DNA of 64,000 bases from Octopus bimaculoides (taxonomy: Eukaryota), in assembly GCF_001194135.2 (NCBI RefSeq), contig NC_068984.1, positions 98,243,816-98,307,815 of the forward strand. Reading direction: 5' to 3'. The translations under genes were made by a program, and so were the position numbers. Positions 39,283 to 51,145 of this stretch are shown one piece after another (the first letter of the stretch is position 1; every line of letters begins with the position of its first letter). The notes below the pieces were generated by a model. It was not told the DNA's origin and searched no databases. It saw only the letters and a list, made by a program, of their open reading frames with translations.

Positions 39283-39514
39283 GGCAGACAAGCCTTAGAG
39301 TTGAAGCTAGTTAGACTATTGATATATGTAACACATTGCTAACTTCTTCAAACAGTGCATTTATATATTATACACATTTACTTAATCTTTTTTGATATCT
39401 ATGGGTTAGGATGTGTGTATTAACATGTGTATTTGTGGACATTTATGTATACATGTGTTTGGATATGCCTATTTTATTTGTATAAATGTTTTTGTGTGTG
39501 TGTGTTTGTGTGTT

Positions 39515-39575
<61 letters not shown>
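39218..39575. repeat. (TG)n(AG)n compound microsatellite (about 39218-39282) and interrupted (TG)n (about 39490-39575)
   Basis: Direct reading. Confidence 0.9.
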
Positions 39576-41177
39576 GAAACAATAAAAATATTAATTGTTT
39601 CAAATTTTGGTACAAGGCCAGCAATTGGAGAGTGAGTAGTCAACTACATTGACCTCAGTACATGACTGGTACTTTATTTTATCAAGAAATTGAACTCAGA
39701 ATGTTCATAAAGCGCCAGAAGAAATGCTAATATGCATTTTGTCTGAGACTCTAACAATTCTGCCAATGAAAAATTAGTCAGAAATAATGAAAGTTTTCTT
39801 GGTTCATTTATTTATTCACAGGTATAAATGGTCTTTGAATTTTCTTAAATGAGACCTTGCTAAATTGTTTATGTTGTAAAATATATGCCTACCACTGGGA
39901 AGTCAAACTTTGTGTTTCATAGGGATATACACATTGCTTACTCAACTCAGCAACTTAACATTGATTGAACACTGAATGCTCATTGATGAGACCAATGGAT
40001 AATCCAGCACCATATGTGTGTGTGTTGTGTTCATACGTATTCATCTTCCCAAGTACTACTATTCATCCTTATAATGTGGGATAGCCATGTATATGTTTAG
40101 TCCCCTGTGGGCAATAAAATTAAAAAATATATGTATAAAATTTAAGGTATGTGAATCATTCTATGTTAAAGTATATCTTCATCAATGGCATTGCTGAGAA
40201 AATATTTCTCAGGAGAATACTCTGCATACTAATTACAAATACAGAAGGATGTCACATATGTAATATAATGAGTTGCAAAAAACTTCAACCACTAAGATTA
40301 TCCAAGCAAATAGTTAGCAGAAATTCCCTCCAGCGGTGTTTAGATGTAAAACCAACAAATGAAGAGGATAATTCTAATAAACTCAGATGATTAAAATTTA
40401 TATCAGTTGACTTAAGCTGATCTTACAATGTATGAATTTCAATTCAGTGTTTCCCACCAAACCGCATATCACTTCACTGTTTCTTACAATATTGTTTGAG
40501 AAAGAAAACACTCAAAGTATGTCTTTCAAACCAATCCCTTTAGTGTGGGACATGATATTTCCTGTTTTTTGTATTTATTTATGAATTTATCTTTCCATTT
40601 CCCTGCATAATTCTAAAAGAAAGGTTCAGGTTTCTTTATGTAGAATAATTTTGTGTGTGCGCATATGTATCACCATCATCATTTTACATTTGCCTTCCAT
40701 GCTCACAAGAGTTGGATGGGTTGTCACAGTTGAAGGTGGTTCCCATTTCGAGTTACTGCCTTTACATAAATGCCTTGCATATATATTTATACACATATAC
40801 ACACATATGAATATGAATTTATACACACACACACTCGCATATAGATGCTCATACATTTATATGTACATACAAATATATATATNNNNNNNNNNNNNNNNNN
40901 NNNNNNNNNNNNNNNNNNNNNNNNNNNNNNNNNNNNNNNNNNNNNNNNNNNNNNNNNNNNNNNNNNNNNNNNNNNNNNNNNNNNNNNNNNNNNNNNNNNN
41001 NNNNNNNNNNNNNNNNNNNNNNNNNNNNNNNNNNNNNNNNNNNNNNNNNNNNNNNNNNNNNNNNNNNNNNNNNNNNNNNNNNNNNNNNNNNNNNNNNNNN
41101 NNNNNNNNNNNNNNNNNNNNNNNNNNNNNNNNNNNNNNNNNNNNNNNNNNNNNNNNNNNNNNNNNNNNNNNNNNNNN

Positions 41178-41211
<34 letters not shown>

Positions 41212-41251
41212 CATATAGTTTTGCCAACTTTATGTATTAAATCTACATATA

Positions 41252-41621
41252 CAGGGTGATTCAAAAGTCTCCTTACATAGGAAAGATTTATATTTTTATA
41301 AGAAACAGTTCATAAGATCCCCTAGATACCCTGATCTGACCCTCTTGATTTGTCTTTGGGGACATTTGAAAGGCATGGTGTATCACAGAAAGATAAAAGA
41401 CATAAAACATTTGAAGGAACACATCACCAACTCATTTGCACATGTATCACCAGATGTGCTATTACGAGTTCACAATGAGTGGGGTAAACGTATTGCAATG
41501 TGTATTCAAAACAATGGTAATCATATAGAGCCTGTTAAATAAAAAAAGAAACTGTTTTTATAAACTGTTTCTTATAAAAAGATAAATTGTTCCTATGTAT
41601 GGTGACTTTTGAATCACCCTG
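41252..41621 (+). mobile_element. 370-bp internally deleted Tc1/mariner element (rosa/maT-like CAGGGTG TIR) retaining the transposase C-terminus
   Basis: TA|cagggtgattcaaaagtctccttacataggaa ... ttcctatgtatggtgacttttgaatcaccctg|TA (30/32 match); internal 'P..PDLT.L...WGHLKGMVY...I..CIQNNGNHIEP*'. Confidence 0.9.
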
Positions 41622-42036
41622 TATAATTTTATTCACTAAGTTATCAAACAAACATGCTATCTCAGTACTTTGGTTAATTAATGCATGACACCATACCGAA
41701 AGGTATATATCACTGATGTGTAAATGGACAAAAGCATTGTCTGTTATTTAGCTCCTCTCTCTTCCTTTTCCTCCTTTTTTCTTTCACTGTTTTCCTCTCA
41801 TTATATAGTTCAGATGATGCTGTGACTCCTAATAAGCTGATGATGACTTGGTGGCAAAACTAATGGAGTTTTCTTTTATTCTATTCTTTAGAAAGACTGT
41901 GTAACTGTGTAGGCCTTATTCATAGGGTTATATAAATGTGTATTTCTTTATTAAATGTACATACATAAACTTATATAGAAATTTATCCATACACATATTG
42001 CCGTTGCTCTTTTGTTAATGTGTGTGTGTGTGTATA

Positions 42037-42418
42037 GACACAGGTGTGGTTCTGTGGTAAAAAGTTTGTTTCCTAATCTCATGGTTCTAGGTTCAGTCTC
42101 ACTGCGTGGCATTTTGGGCAAGTATCTTCTACTTCAGCCCTGTGGATTTGATAGGCAAAAACTGAAAGAAACCTGTCATAAGTGTATATTTGTGTGTATG
42201 TGTGCCCGTGTTTCTTTGTCTTAACATCACATGATAGTTGTAGATAATTGTCGCTATCATACAAGCAGTATCTGTCATGAAGAACATGTCTGGACCTTGC
42301 TTGGAAACAGTTGAGGGTTGGTGACAAAAAGGGTATCTGGCTGTTGAAAAGCTACCTCAATAAACTCTTCCGGCTCATGCAGGCAATGGAAAAATGGATG
42401 TTAAAATGATTATGACCA
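42037..42418 (+). mobile_element. Family-A SINE head joined to an RTE-type tail
   Basis: 'ggttcagtctcactgcgtggcattttgggcaag' head; tail 'ggttggtgacaaaaagggtatctggctg...catg...ggaaaaatggatgttaaaatgat'. Confidence 0.75.
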
Positions 42419-42679
42419 TGTGTGTGTATGTACACACACACGCACATACACGCACACACGCACATACACACATTGTGTTAGTTGGGTGTTAAATAATCCT
42501 AGCAGTTAACGTGGCAGTATACCAATGTATATTGGGCTAACAAAGAAAAATACAATAATATTCCTAGTCAATCAAGTGGGCAGTATAGAAGTCAGTGTGA
42601 TGTTAAACTGTTATATAAGCATCCTGTAAATCCATTTATCTAAGCTGCTGCAAATATTATGCAGTGTATAATATAGTAA

Positions 42680-45600
42680 AGAAACAATGGGGATTTGCAG
42701 TATGAAGATGTCTTGGCCTTTTCCACAGGCGGTCATAATCATTGCTTCAATGACATTGGGAAGTAATTTTGTGATAACAAGGCGATACCATTGCACAACG
42801 TCAGTGGATTTAAATTCCTTATCAGTATAACAGGGATACCTACTTGAAGAGTAAGAATATGTGGAGGTACACCTGAAGGCTCCAAGGAATTCAAAAATTC
42901 AGTGGGATAATCAACTACCTCATCCTGATTTTGGAATGGTGTCTACTGACTTATAGGCTGTCACGTCCCCAGGCAAACACAGTAAAAGGCGTTTGTTGAT
43001 TGTACTGACCGCAACGTCTTTAGGAGCCAAAATGGCTCTTTGGCAAAGCCAATCTAGATCTCCGCTGTGAACTTCTAGGCCTGGGAAGACCTGGTCCTGA
43101 AGACTCTGGATAGTACTGGCTATTGTACAAATGTTACTGATGTCAACATCTTCATTTCCATCTTCTAGAACTTCATCATTGCCAAGAAGGAGAATGTCCT
43201 TCACAAAATTTTCTGACAATGGATCCTCATGGAGGTGCGCTCTCATGTTGGATTCTAACTTTAAAGTAACAACATGACCCCATAGAGGTGAAGACTTAAG
43301 GCATGCCATTACTTCATCTGCCCTTGTACCTTTCAGAATNNNNNNNNNNNNNNNNNNNNNNNNNNNNNNNNNNNNNNNNNNNNNNNNNNNNNNNNNNNNN
43401 NNNNNNNNNNNNNNNNNNNNNNNNNNNNNNNNNNNNNNNNNNNNNNNNNNNNNNNNGCCTCAAGGGCACCCTTGTGTGCCATTGTGCATTCATCCCAAAC
43501 AATCAGTAGGCATTGAGCGAGCAATTGCCCGTTGTCCGATGTCTTTGAAATGTTGCAAACAGGCGTTGGTGAACTTGCGAGGTTAAGGGGAAGCTTAAAC
43601 GTAGAGTGTGCAGTCTTACCACCAGGGAGCAGAGTAGCAGCTATGCCCAAAGTTGCCACAGCAATTGCGATGCACTTTTGTAGCCTTACTTTTGCAAGAA
43701 TGAGTCTAGTTACGAACATTTTGCCTGTCCTGCCAGGAGCATTAAGGTAGAAAATGCCACCTTTACGACCCTGGACTTGCTGAACAATAGTGAAGTAGGC
43801 GTGCTTCTGGTCATGTAGCAGGAGTGCCTCATTGATCTGTACATATGCAGATAGTTCAGTAATGTCGTAAGATGTTTCTCAAACAATCTCAGAGATCATT
43901 TGAGGTAGGCTATGCAGGGGGGGGGGCTGTAAGTGGTCATTATATCACTACCTAAAGCTAAAGTCTTGTTTTCTATCTCAATCAGCGCTAGGTTGTATAT
44001 TGTATCGGTGAAACTTATGTTTAAAGTAGGGAATCGAAACTGAGCAGCTCGCCAAAAGTCCTCAGACAGGTCATTCCTTAATTGAAGCCATAAAGAATAT
44101 GCACTACTAGGTGCACAATTGTGCAGTATAACAGCAAAAAGTGTTCTAAGGCTTCCAGGCGATTTGGATACACAAGCCTCTGATAACCAGGTTTACCACT
44201 GCCCGTCATCTTCAAGAAGACCATGCTGTTGACATGCCTCCCTGTAAGTTGCAAAAACGTTTTCATCCACAATTCTTAAACCCTGAAAGCAAGTTGGGCC
44301 TGTTACTTCATGTAGAAGAAGATGGAGATGAAAGCACTCAGTCTGATTTGGGTGCACTGTATAAACGCACCCAAGGCAATCATCGAACTTAATGCCTTCG
44401 TGCCCTTCAACAGTTTTACCTGTCTTCCTTCTCTTCCACGTCTTGCTGTTCCAGGTGTAGTAGGATGGAACTTGTGGATAAAGGAGTGTCCGTGCAAAGG
44501 GATCAACCTGACAAAGTTTAAAAAAAACACAGTAAGCATAGTATCTGATGGAGCTTGTGCTATTTAAGCAGCAGTGGCTTCACTGAAATACACTCTATGG
44601 CCGTTTTCCAGGTGAACAGCAAGCTGAACAATGGCAGGATACCTTTCATGAATTGGAAAACCGAAAATACGCCAAAACGTTTCATTGCTGCTTATGTACT
44701 GTACAGCCTGGTATTGTGTTACTTCATTGTGTTGGTTGGTGCCTTGGAGGCCAAAGATGGTGGCATCGGACCCTTTGTTAACGTATTTGCAGACATATTT
44801 CATTGATTTGATGGAATTGCAAAATCCAATGTTGATATGCGCTTTAAATGTCTTTGAAAGAAGCGGACAGTAAGGTACTATCCATCTATCGCCAACTTCG
44901 AATTTCCCTATGGTTAAGGTTAAGCCTCCATCGCATGGCTTCCTACGCCTATACAGTGGGTATCCGTCTTCAGTAGTCTGAGTCTGGGACACAAATATTT
45001 TGGGATAATTCTTAGAGATTACACCATTTATCAAGCAATCTTTCCTTGCGTAGGCAGGCCCACAAGAGCCATAGACCATATTAGATTTCACTATGCCATG
45101 GAGTTCACTATCAACGCCCGGATCAGGTATTTCAGCGGAAATTAACCTGTCTATGTCAGTTGCATTTATTTTCTGACTTAACCACAGAAGTGTGTGTGCG
45201 TGAGGCATGCCCCTCTTTTGCCACTCAACAGCGAACATGAAGCTTTTAACATGGCCAGATATTTGGCCATTGGTGAGGAGGTCCTTGAATTTAAGTAGTT
45301 TAAGTCTAAAAACTCTCGCAATGACCTCAAGCCTATCATGGGCTTGTTGACTGGGCAGAAGACTCACTTGTATTTCATTCCACCTGGCATTACAAGTGAA
45401 GGTTATGAAAAGGTCGGGTCCACCATAGTGCCGAACGTAAATCATGGCATCTTGCATATGTTTGTGCATATATCAAGGACTACCAGTAAAGGAAGATGGA
45501 AGTAATCACAATTGGCCTATCCTTCTAGGGGCAACATTGTTCTTGATGAAATCTCTGAGATGGGTGTACTTTTCAGCCCATAGCTTAGCCTGATTGAACC

Positions 45601-45874
45601 ATATGTATTGTAAGCACTGAGACTCAATCTTAACAACATTGTCTACAGCATGTGGTTGATAAAGGTAGTGAGAAAGGTGTAGGTGATTCAAACTGCTGTC
45701 TCTAACCATGTACTGATAGGTATAGTAAGCCATACACGTAACTGATTTACTGCCAACAGAACCTGCCTCTGATAGGTTTTGTTGAGGAATGTTTAAGTGA
45801 AAATTGTCTTCTCCATGAGTATAAAGTAGGGGAGACTGAAGTGTGTCGTAGGACCTAAGGGTTTCGCAAATTCG
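42680..45874 (-). mobile_element. Helitron RepHel remnant (Rep HUH domain plus PIF1 helicase), near-contiguous but with stops, frameshifts and a gap; both termini missing
   Basis: 'SYDTLQSPLL..HGED', 'GSP*YM...QDAM.YVRHYGGPDLFITFTCN', 'EWQKRGMPHAH', 'KYVCKYVNKGSD', 'APGRTGK', 'GIAATLLPGGKTAHSTFKLP', 'IVWDECTM', 'RAILAP' and 'PPHIL.L.VG.PVILIRNL'. Confidence 0.95.
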
Positions 45875-47258
45875 CTGGTAATGATCACGCTCAAATGGTG
45901 CTATTTACGTGCCACTAGCACGGAAGTCAGACAGCTGCTCTGGCAATGATCACGCTTGGACAGTGCTGTTAGTGCTCCACTGGCACAGGTGCCAGTCATC
46001 GAACATTGTTCAATTTCGATTTCACTTGCCCCAACAGGTCTTCGAAGCAGAGTTTAGTGTTCAATGAAGGAGAGGTTGGCATGGGTGCCAGTCGTCGAAT
46101 TTGGTTCGATTTCGATTTCAAATTCACTTGCCTCAACAGGTCTTCGCAAGCAGTGTTTAGTGTCCAATGAAGTAAAGATATGAATTAGTGAGCTGGCTAC
46201 ACTTCTGGCAGAGGCCACAGATTATGCTCTCACTTGGCTTGCCGGGTCTTCTCACGTACTGCATATTTCCAAAGGTCCTGGTCTCTAGTCATTCCTCGGT
46301 GAGGCCTAATGTTCGAAGGTCGTGCTTCACCACCTCATCCCAGGTCTTCCTGGGTCTACCTCTTCCACAGGTTCCCTTAACAGCTAGGGTGTGGTACTTT
46401 TTCACACAGCTATCCTCATTCATTCTTGCCACATGTCCATACCAGCGTAATCGTCTCTCTTACACACCACAACTGATGCTTCTTAGGTCTAACTTTTCTC
46501 TCAAGGTACTTACACTCTGTTGAGTATGCACACTGACATTACACATCCATTGGAGCATACTGGCTTCGTTTCTTGCGAGCTTACGCATGTCCTCAGCAGT
46601 CACTGCCATGTAGCATGGCAGTTTGTACACGTGTCATACAGTCTGCCTTTTACTCTGAGTGAGAGGCCTTTGTCACTAGCAGAGGTAAGAGCTCTCTGAA
46701 CTTTGCCCAGGCTATTCTTATTCTAGCAGCTACACTTTCAGCGCACCCTCCCCCGCTACAAACTNNNNNNNNNNATTCTAGCAGCTACACTTTCAGCGCA
46801 CCCTCCCCCGCTACAAACTTAGTCACCTAGATAGCGGAAGCTATCAACTACTTCTAGTTTTTTTTCCTGGAGTGTGGCAAAGGTTGTTTTCTGCACATTA
46901 TCAGTATTTATTGCTCCTGAACATCTGCCACATACAAAAACTATTTTCCTAGTTAGCCTTCCTTTGATATTGCTGTATCTCTTATGTGTCCTTAGCTTAC
47001 ACTGGGTACATCTTATAGAGTTTCTACCTACGCCTTTTCTACAGATCGAGTAGGGCCATCTACCTGAAGGGTTTTGTGGTTTGTCTTCCTTCCTACTTAT
47101 TTGGACTTCGGTTTTAGCTTGGTTGACTCTAAGGCCCTTCGATTCTAATCCTTGCTTCCACGCCTGAAACTTCTCCTCTAGTTCTGATAGTGACTCAGCA
47201 ATTAGGGCAAGGTCATCAGCATAGAGGAGCTCCCAGGAGCATCCAGTCTTGAATTCCT
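45875..47258 (-). mobile_element. RTE LINE, 5'-truncated just upstream of YADD; RT C-terminal half plus partial 3' UTR, terminal tail missing
   Basis: Minus-strand 'EFKTGCSWELLYADDLALIAES' (YADD at 47212-47223), 'RLRWYGHV' and 'GRPRKTW'; UTR shared with 190-616. Confidence 0.9.
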
Positions 47259-48335
47259 GCTTAGAGGAGCTCCCAGGGGCAGAGAGAAACAGAGATATTG
47301 AATGAATAAACAGTGTAGAAGCATTGGTCTGATGTTCCTTAATCTTTAGGTAGTGGATAGAAGAATTGGTGCTTTATCAATGTAACTTGTAATTTTTAAA
47401 AATATTTTTGTACATCGTCTGGTTCAGTGTTTGACTTTTGTCCTCTTGAAATCAATATAGTAAAATACCAGTTTACAAGTGTTAGCCTTGGTATAATTGA
47501 TTAAACTTCAGAAGGTGGTGTGTGGCCCAGTATTATCACGGACTAATCACTAAAACCAGGCAAGATGTGTGGCACAGGTGCTTGAAAATTGAGTATACAG
47601 AAAACAGGAAAAAACATACAATGGACCTGGACATGCTCAATCGCTCATCAGTTATTGACCCAAAATTATCACAATTTTGACACCTTCCTGTAATATTGTT
47701 CAATTTGGTGGTTTCAGCTACATAAGCTGCTTCGGTAGAATATAAATGAGCAGACATGACAAAATTGCACAAACAAGAAAAGTAAGACTAGTACAAAGAA
47801 AAGTTATGATCTCTAGACTAAATGGTGAAATGAACTAGTTATGAATAGGAAATATATAAAACAAAAAGCAAGAATAATAACAGTAAGATAAATATATAAT
47901 AAATAATATTACCTGAAACATTGTTACTTGAAGTTTCATATTTGAATATACAGAAGCAAGTCAATGGACAGTATAACACATTACGATAGAATGGACATAT
48001 ACGAAGTGTATCTGAGGTTGCACAAGCTGTTGTATGGTACACAATTCAATGAACACTATGTAACATTGTAGTGTGTGTAGATAGTGAGTAGTTATAGAGT
48101 TAATGTAATTTCTGCAGGTGAGTAGTGAAGGGATATATGATAAATTCTAAGACTTGTTGGAATACACAAAAAAGAGAAAGAAAAGAAGAAAATATTTGAT
48201 AAATCAATAAATACATCTTCATGTTGGAAATGAAGAGAGATGAAGTGCTATGGAGATAATATTTAAAATGGAAGGTTTTGTGGTACAGTGCATGTCTGGA
48301 CTGGTAGTAACGTAAAAGATGGGAGAATAGTACTG

Positions 48336-48531
48336 TTTACTCTTTTACTTGTTTCGTTCATTTGACTGTGGGCATGCTGGAGCACTGCCTTTAGTCGAGC
48401 AAATCGACCCCAGAACTTATTCTTTGTAAGCCTAGTACTTATTCTATTGGTCTCTTATGCCGAACCGCTAAGTTATGGGGACCTAAACACACCAGCATCA
48501 GCTGTCAAGCGATGTTGGGGGACAAACACAG

Positions 48532-48586
<55 letters not shown>

Positions 48587-48825
48587 NNNNNNNNNNNNNN
48601 NNNNNNNNNNNNNNNNNNNNNNNNNNNNNNNNNNNNNNNNNNNNNNNNNNNNNNNNNNNNNNNNNNNNNNNNTGACGGGCTTCTTTCAGTTTCCGTCTAC
48701 CAAATCCACTCACAAGGCCTGAGGCTATAGTGGAAAACATTTGCCCAAGGTGCCATGCAGTGGGACTGAACCCGGAACCATGTGGTTCGTAAGCACGCTA
48801 CTTACCAGACAGTCACTCCTACGCC
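48336..48825 (-). mobile_element. Family-A SINE, full length (central TA tract in a gap)
   Basis: Reverse complement of the copy at 50027-50436 over nearly the whole length. Confidence 0.9.
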
Positions 48826-49751
48826 TAGTGCATATAATTGATTATATATTTTTATCAAGTACAAAAGGAACATTGATTGTCTTAGATCTAGGAATACGTC
48901 ATGTGGTGCTCTATACCTCTGCAGCTATCTACTAAATAACACTGAATCTATCATCCACGATTTAAGAAATAATGATAATGTTGTGTGTGTCTCTGGTCAG
49001 CTGAACTGGCTGACTGACTAGGTGTGACCCACAGTTATATTAGCCTATGTATACCAGGTCTTCTCTTAGCTAAGGGTCAATCTGTACATACTGACATGAG
49101 GTGGTGAATCATATGGGTTACACTATTAGAATCAGTTGACCTGTTAGGATTATCAGACAAATCTCCTTCAAACTTTACTCTACCCTCTTAATTATTTTCT
49201 ACTTAGCACATATTTTTTTGGTTCAATCAGGACTATGATATCTAGAAGTTAGGTTGCAAGCTTGTTGGCGCTTATACTTCCTGGGAACATATTGGTTTTA
49301 TTAAATTATGTATATTTCATGTGAAATAAAATGTCTTGTGGGTGTTATTTATGGGAAAGTAAATACAAGGATAGAGTATGAAACTAAATGTTACTTTCTT
49401 TCATTCCTCCAGCTTCTACATGTTAACCCACTGTCTTGAACTTATTTGTTACTTCATCTTCAGCAAAATAAGTACTTGGCATGACCTGTGTCAGTGGCCA
49501 AACTAATCAACTACTTCTCCATATCCATTATATCTAGCTCTATACCCTTTCCATATTCATCATGATTCATCAGAAGAGGAAGGGTACTCCAAGACTGGTG
49601 AGAGGAAGGGAAACTTTTGCTCTCAGACACTCTACCAATGACACCCCTCACTATCCTCCGTATCCTTATACCCCTATATTTTGCTAATTTGTGTCCTAAC
49701 AAATGTAAGAAACCATTTGTATAACCTGAATGAATCAGTTGTGTTTGTACA

Positions 49752-49753
<2 letters not shown>

Positions 49754-49794
<41 letters not shown>

Positions 49795-49801
49795 CACATA
49801 A
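49754..49801 (+). repeat. (CA)n tract just upstream of the exon-9-equivalent acceptor
   Basis: About 17 perfect AC units, then ctcacactcacatac; the acceptor AG is at 49828-49829. Confidence 0.95.
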
Positions 49802-49829
49802 CAGTGTATTTTTATTATTTCTCTTATAG

Positions 49830-49931
49830 TTACTCATGTTGTGATTGGTGTCAACAAAGATGGCCTGTGTCCTCGAACTCTGAAGTATTTGAAAGCTGTT
49901 CTTGCTGGAAAATGGATTGTTACCCTTGACT
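49830..49931 (+). CDS. BARD1: BARD1 exon (exon 9 equivalent), BRCT1 core: (V)THVVIGVNKDGLCPRTLKYLKAVLAGKWIVTLD(W)
   Basis: cttatAG acceptor and GTaagt donor; 102 nt, phase 1/1; BRCT motifs 'THVV', 'RTLKY' and 'GKWIV..W'. Confidence 0.93.
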
Positions 49932-50026
49932 GTAAGTTTTGAGAAATTATAATATTTCTATGAAACTCATGTTTTTATTCTTGCCCACGCACATAAATGT
50001 ATATGCACACATAGATATATATGCAA

Positions 50027-50436
50027 GCACAGGAGTGGCTGCGTGGTAAATAGCTTGCTTACCAACCACATGGTTCCAGGTTCAGTCCCACTGCATGGCA
50101 CCTTGGATAGGTGTCTTCTACTATAGTCTCGGGCCAACCAAAGCCTTGTGAGTGGATTTAGTAGACAGAAACTGAAAGAAGCCCGTCGTATATATATATG
50201 TATGTGTGTGTGCATATGTTTGTGTGTCTGTGTTTGTCCCCCCCCAAACATTGCTGGACAACTGATGGTGGTGTGTTTACGACCCTGTAACTTAGCAGTT
50301 CGGCAAAAGAGACCAATAGAATAAGTACTAGGCTTACAAAGAATAAGTCCTGGGGTCGATTTGCTCAACTAAAGGTGGTGCTTCAGCATGGCCACAGTCA
50401 AATGACTGAAACAAGTAAAAGAAAGAAAAGAAAGAA
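50027..50436 (+). mobile_element. Family-A SINE, full length
   Basis: Head gcacaggagtggctgcgtggtaa...ggttcagtccc; tail gactgaaacaagtaaaagaaagaaaag. Confidence 0.9.
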
Positions 50437-50469
50437 ATGCGTATTCAGACATTATTGTGTTGTGCTGCT

Positions 50470-50695
50470 GCCACATAAAAGCACTGGTGCTGGTGTCACA
50501 TAACAAACACTGATGATGGTGCCATTTAAAAAGCACCCAGTATGCTCTTTAAAGTGGTTGGCATTAAGAGCATCCAGCTGTAGAAACCAAGCCAAAACAG
50601 ATCATGGAACCTAGTGTGGCTCCTGGCCTTGTCAGTTCCTGTCAAGTTGTTTAACCCATGTCAGCATGGAAAATGGATGTTAAATAATTATGATG
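50470..50695 (+). mobile_element. RTE tail fragment
   Basis: 'gccacataaaagcac...gtggttggcatt..gcatccagctgtagaaac...cccatgtcagcatggaaaatggatgttaaa'. Confidence 0.7.
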
Positions 50696-50759
50696 AAGTA
50701 GAGAACAAAAATGTTTAATTAATTAGAAATTACCTTTGTAGTGAGGAGAGTTAAACATG

Positions 50760-51145
50760 ATTATCATCATCATTGTCATTTTAATGTCCACTTTTCCATG
50801 CTTGCATGGGCCAAACAGAGTTTATTGAAGTAGATTTTCTACAGCTGGATACCCTTCCTGTTGCTAACCCCCACATGTTTCTATGCATGGTAATATTTCC
50901 CTGTGATTAGGCATGTTTTCACAGAATGTTCAGAATAAATGACATTGCTTATATGACTGACATTCATTTATGATTATGACACGATGTCAAGACAAAGAGA
51001 CATAGACACACACTCACATACACATGTATGTATATGACAAGCTGCTTTCAGTTTCTGTTTACCAAACCTGGGATTATAGTGGAAAGCTCTGCCATATAAT
51101 GGGACTGAACCCAAAATCATGTAGTTGGGAAAGGAACTTTTTAAT
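50760..51145 (-). mobile_element. Family-A SINE head joined to an RTE-type tail
   Basis: (cat)n...ttttccatgcttgcatgg...ctacagctggataccctt, linked to 'ctttcagtttctgtttacc...gggactgaaccc'. Confidence 0.7.

Noticed and set aside
42680-45874. Fanzor/TnpB or captured host gene inside the Helitron
   Set aside because: The whole interval translates as continuous RepHel; no RuvC-like or foreign segment was seen
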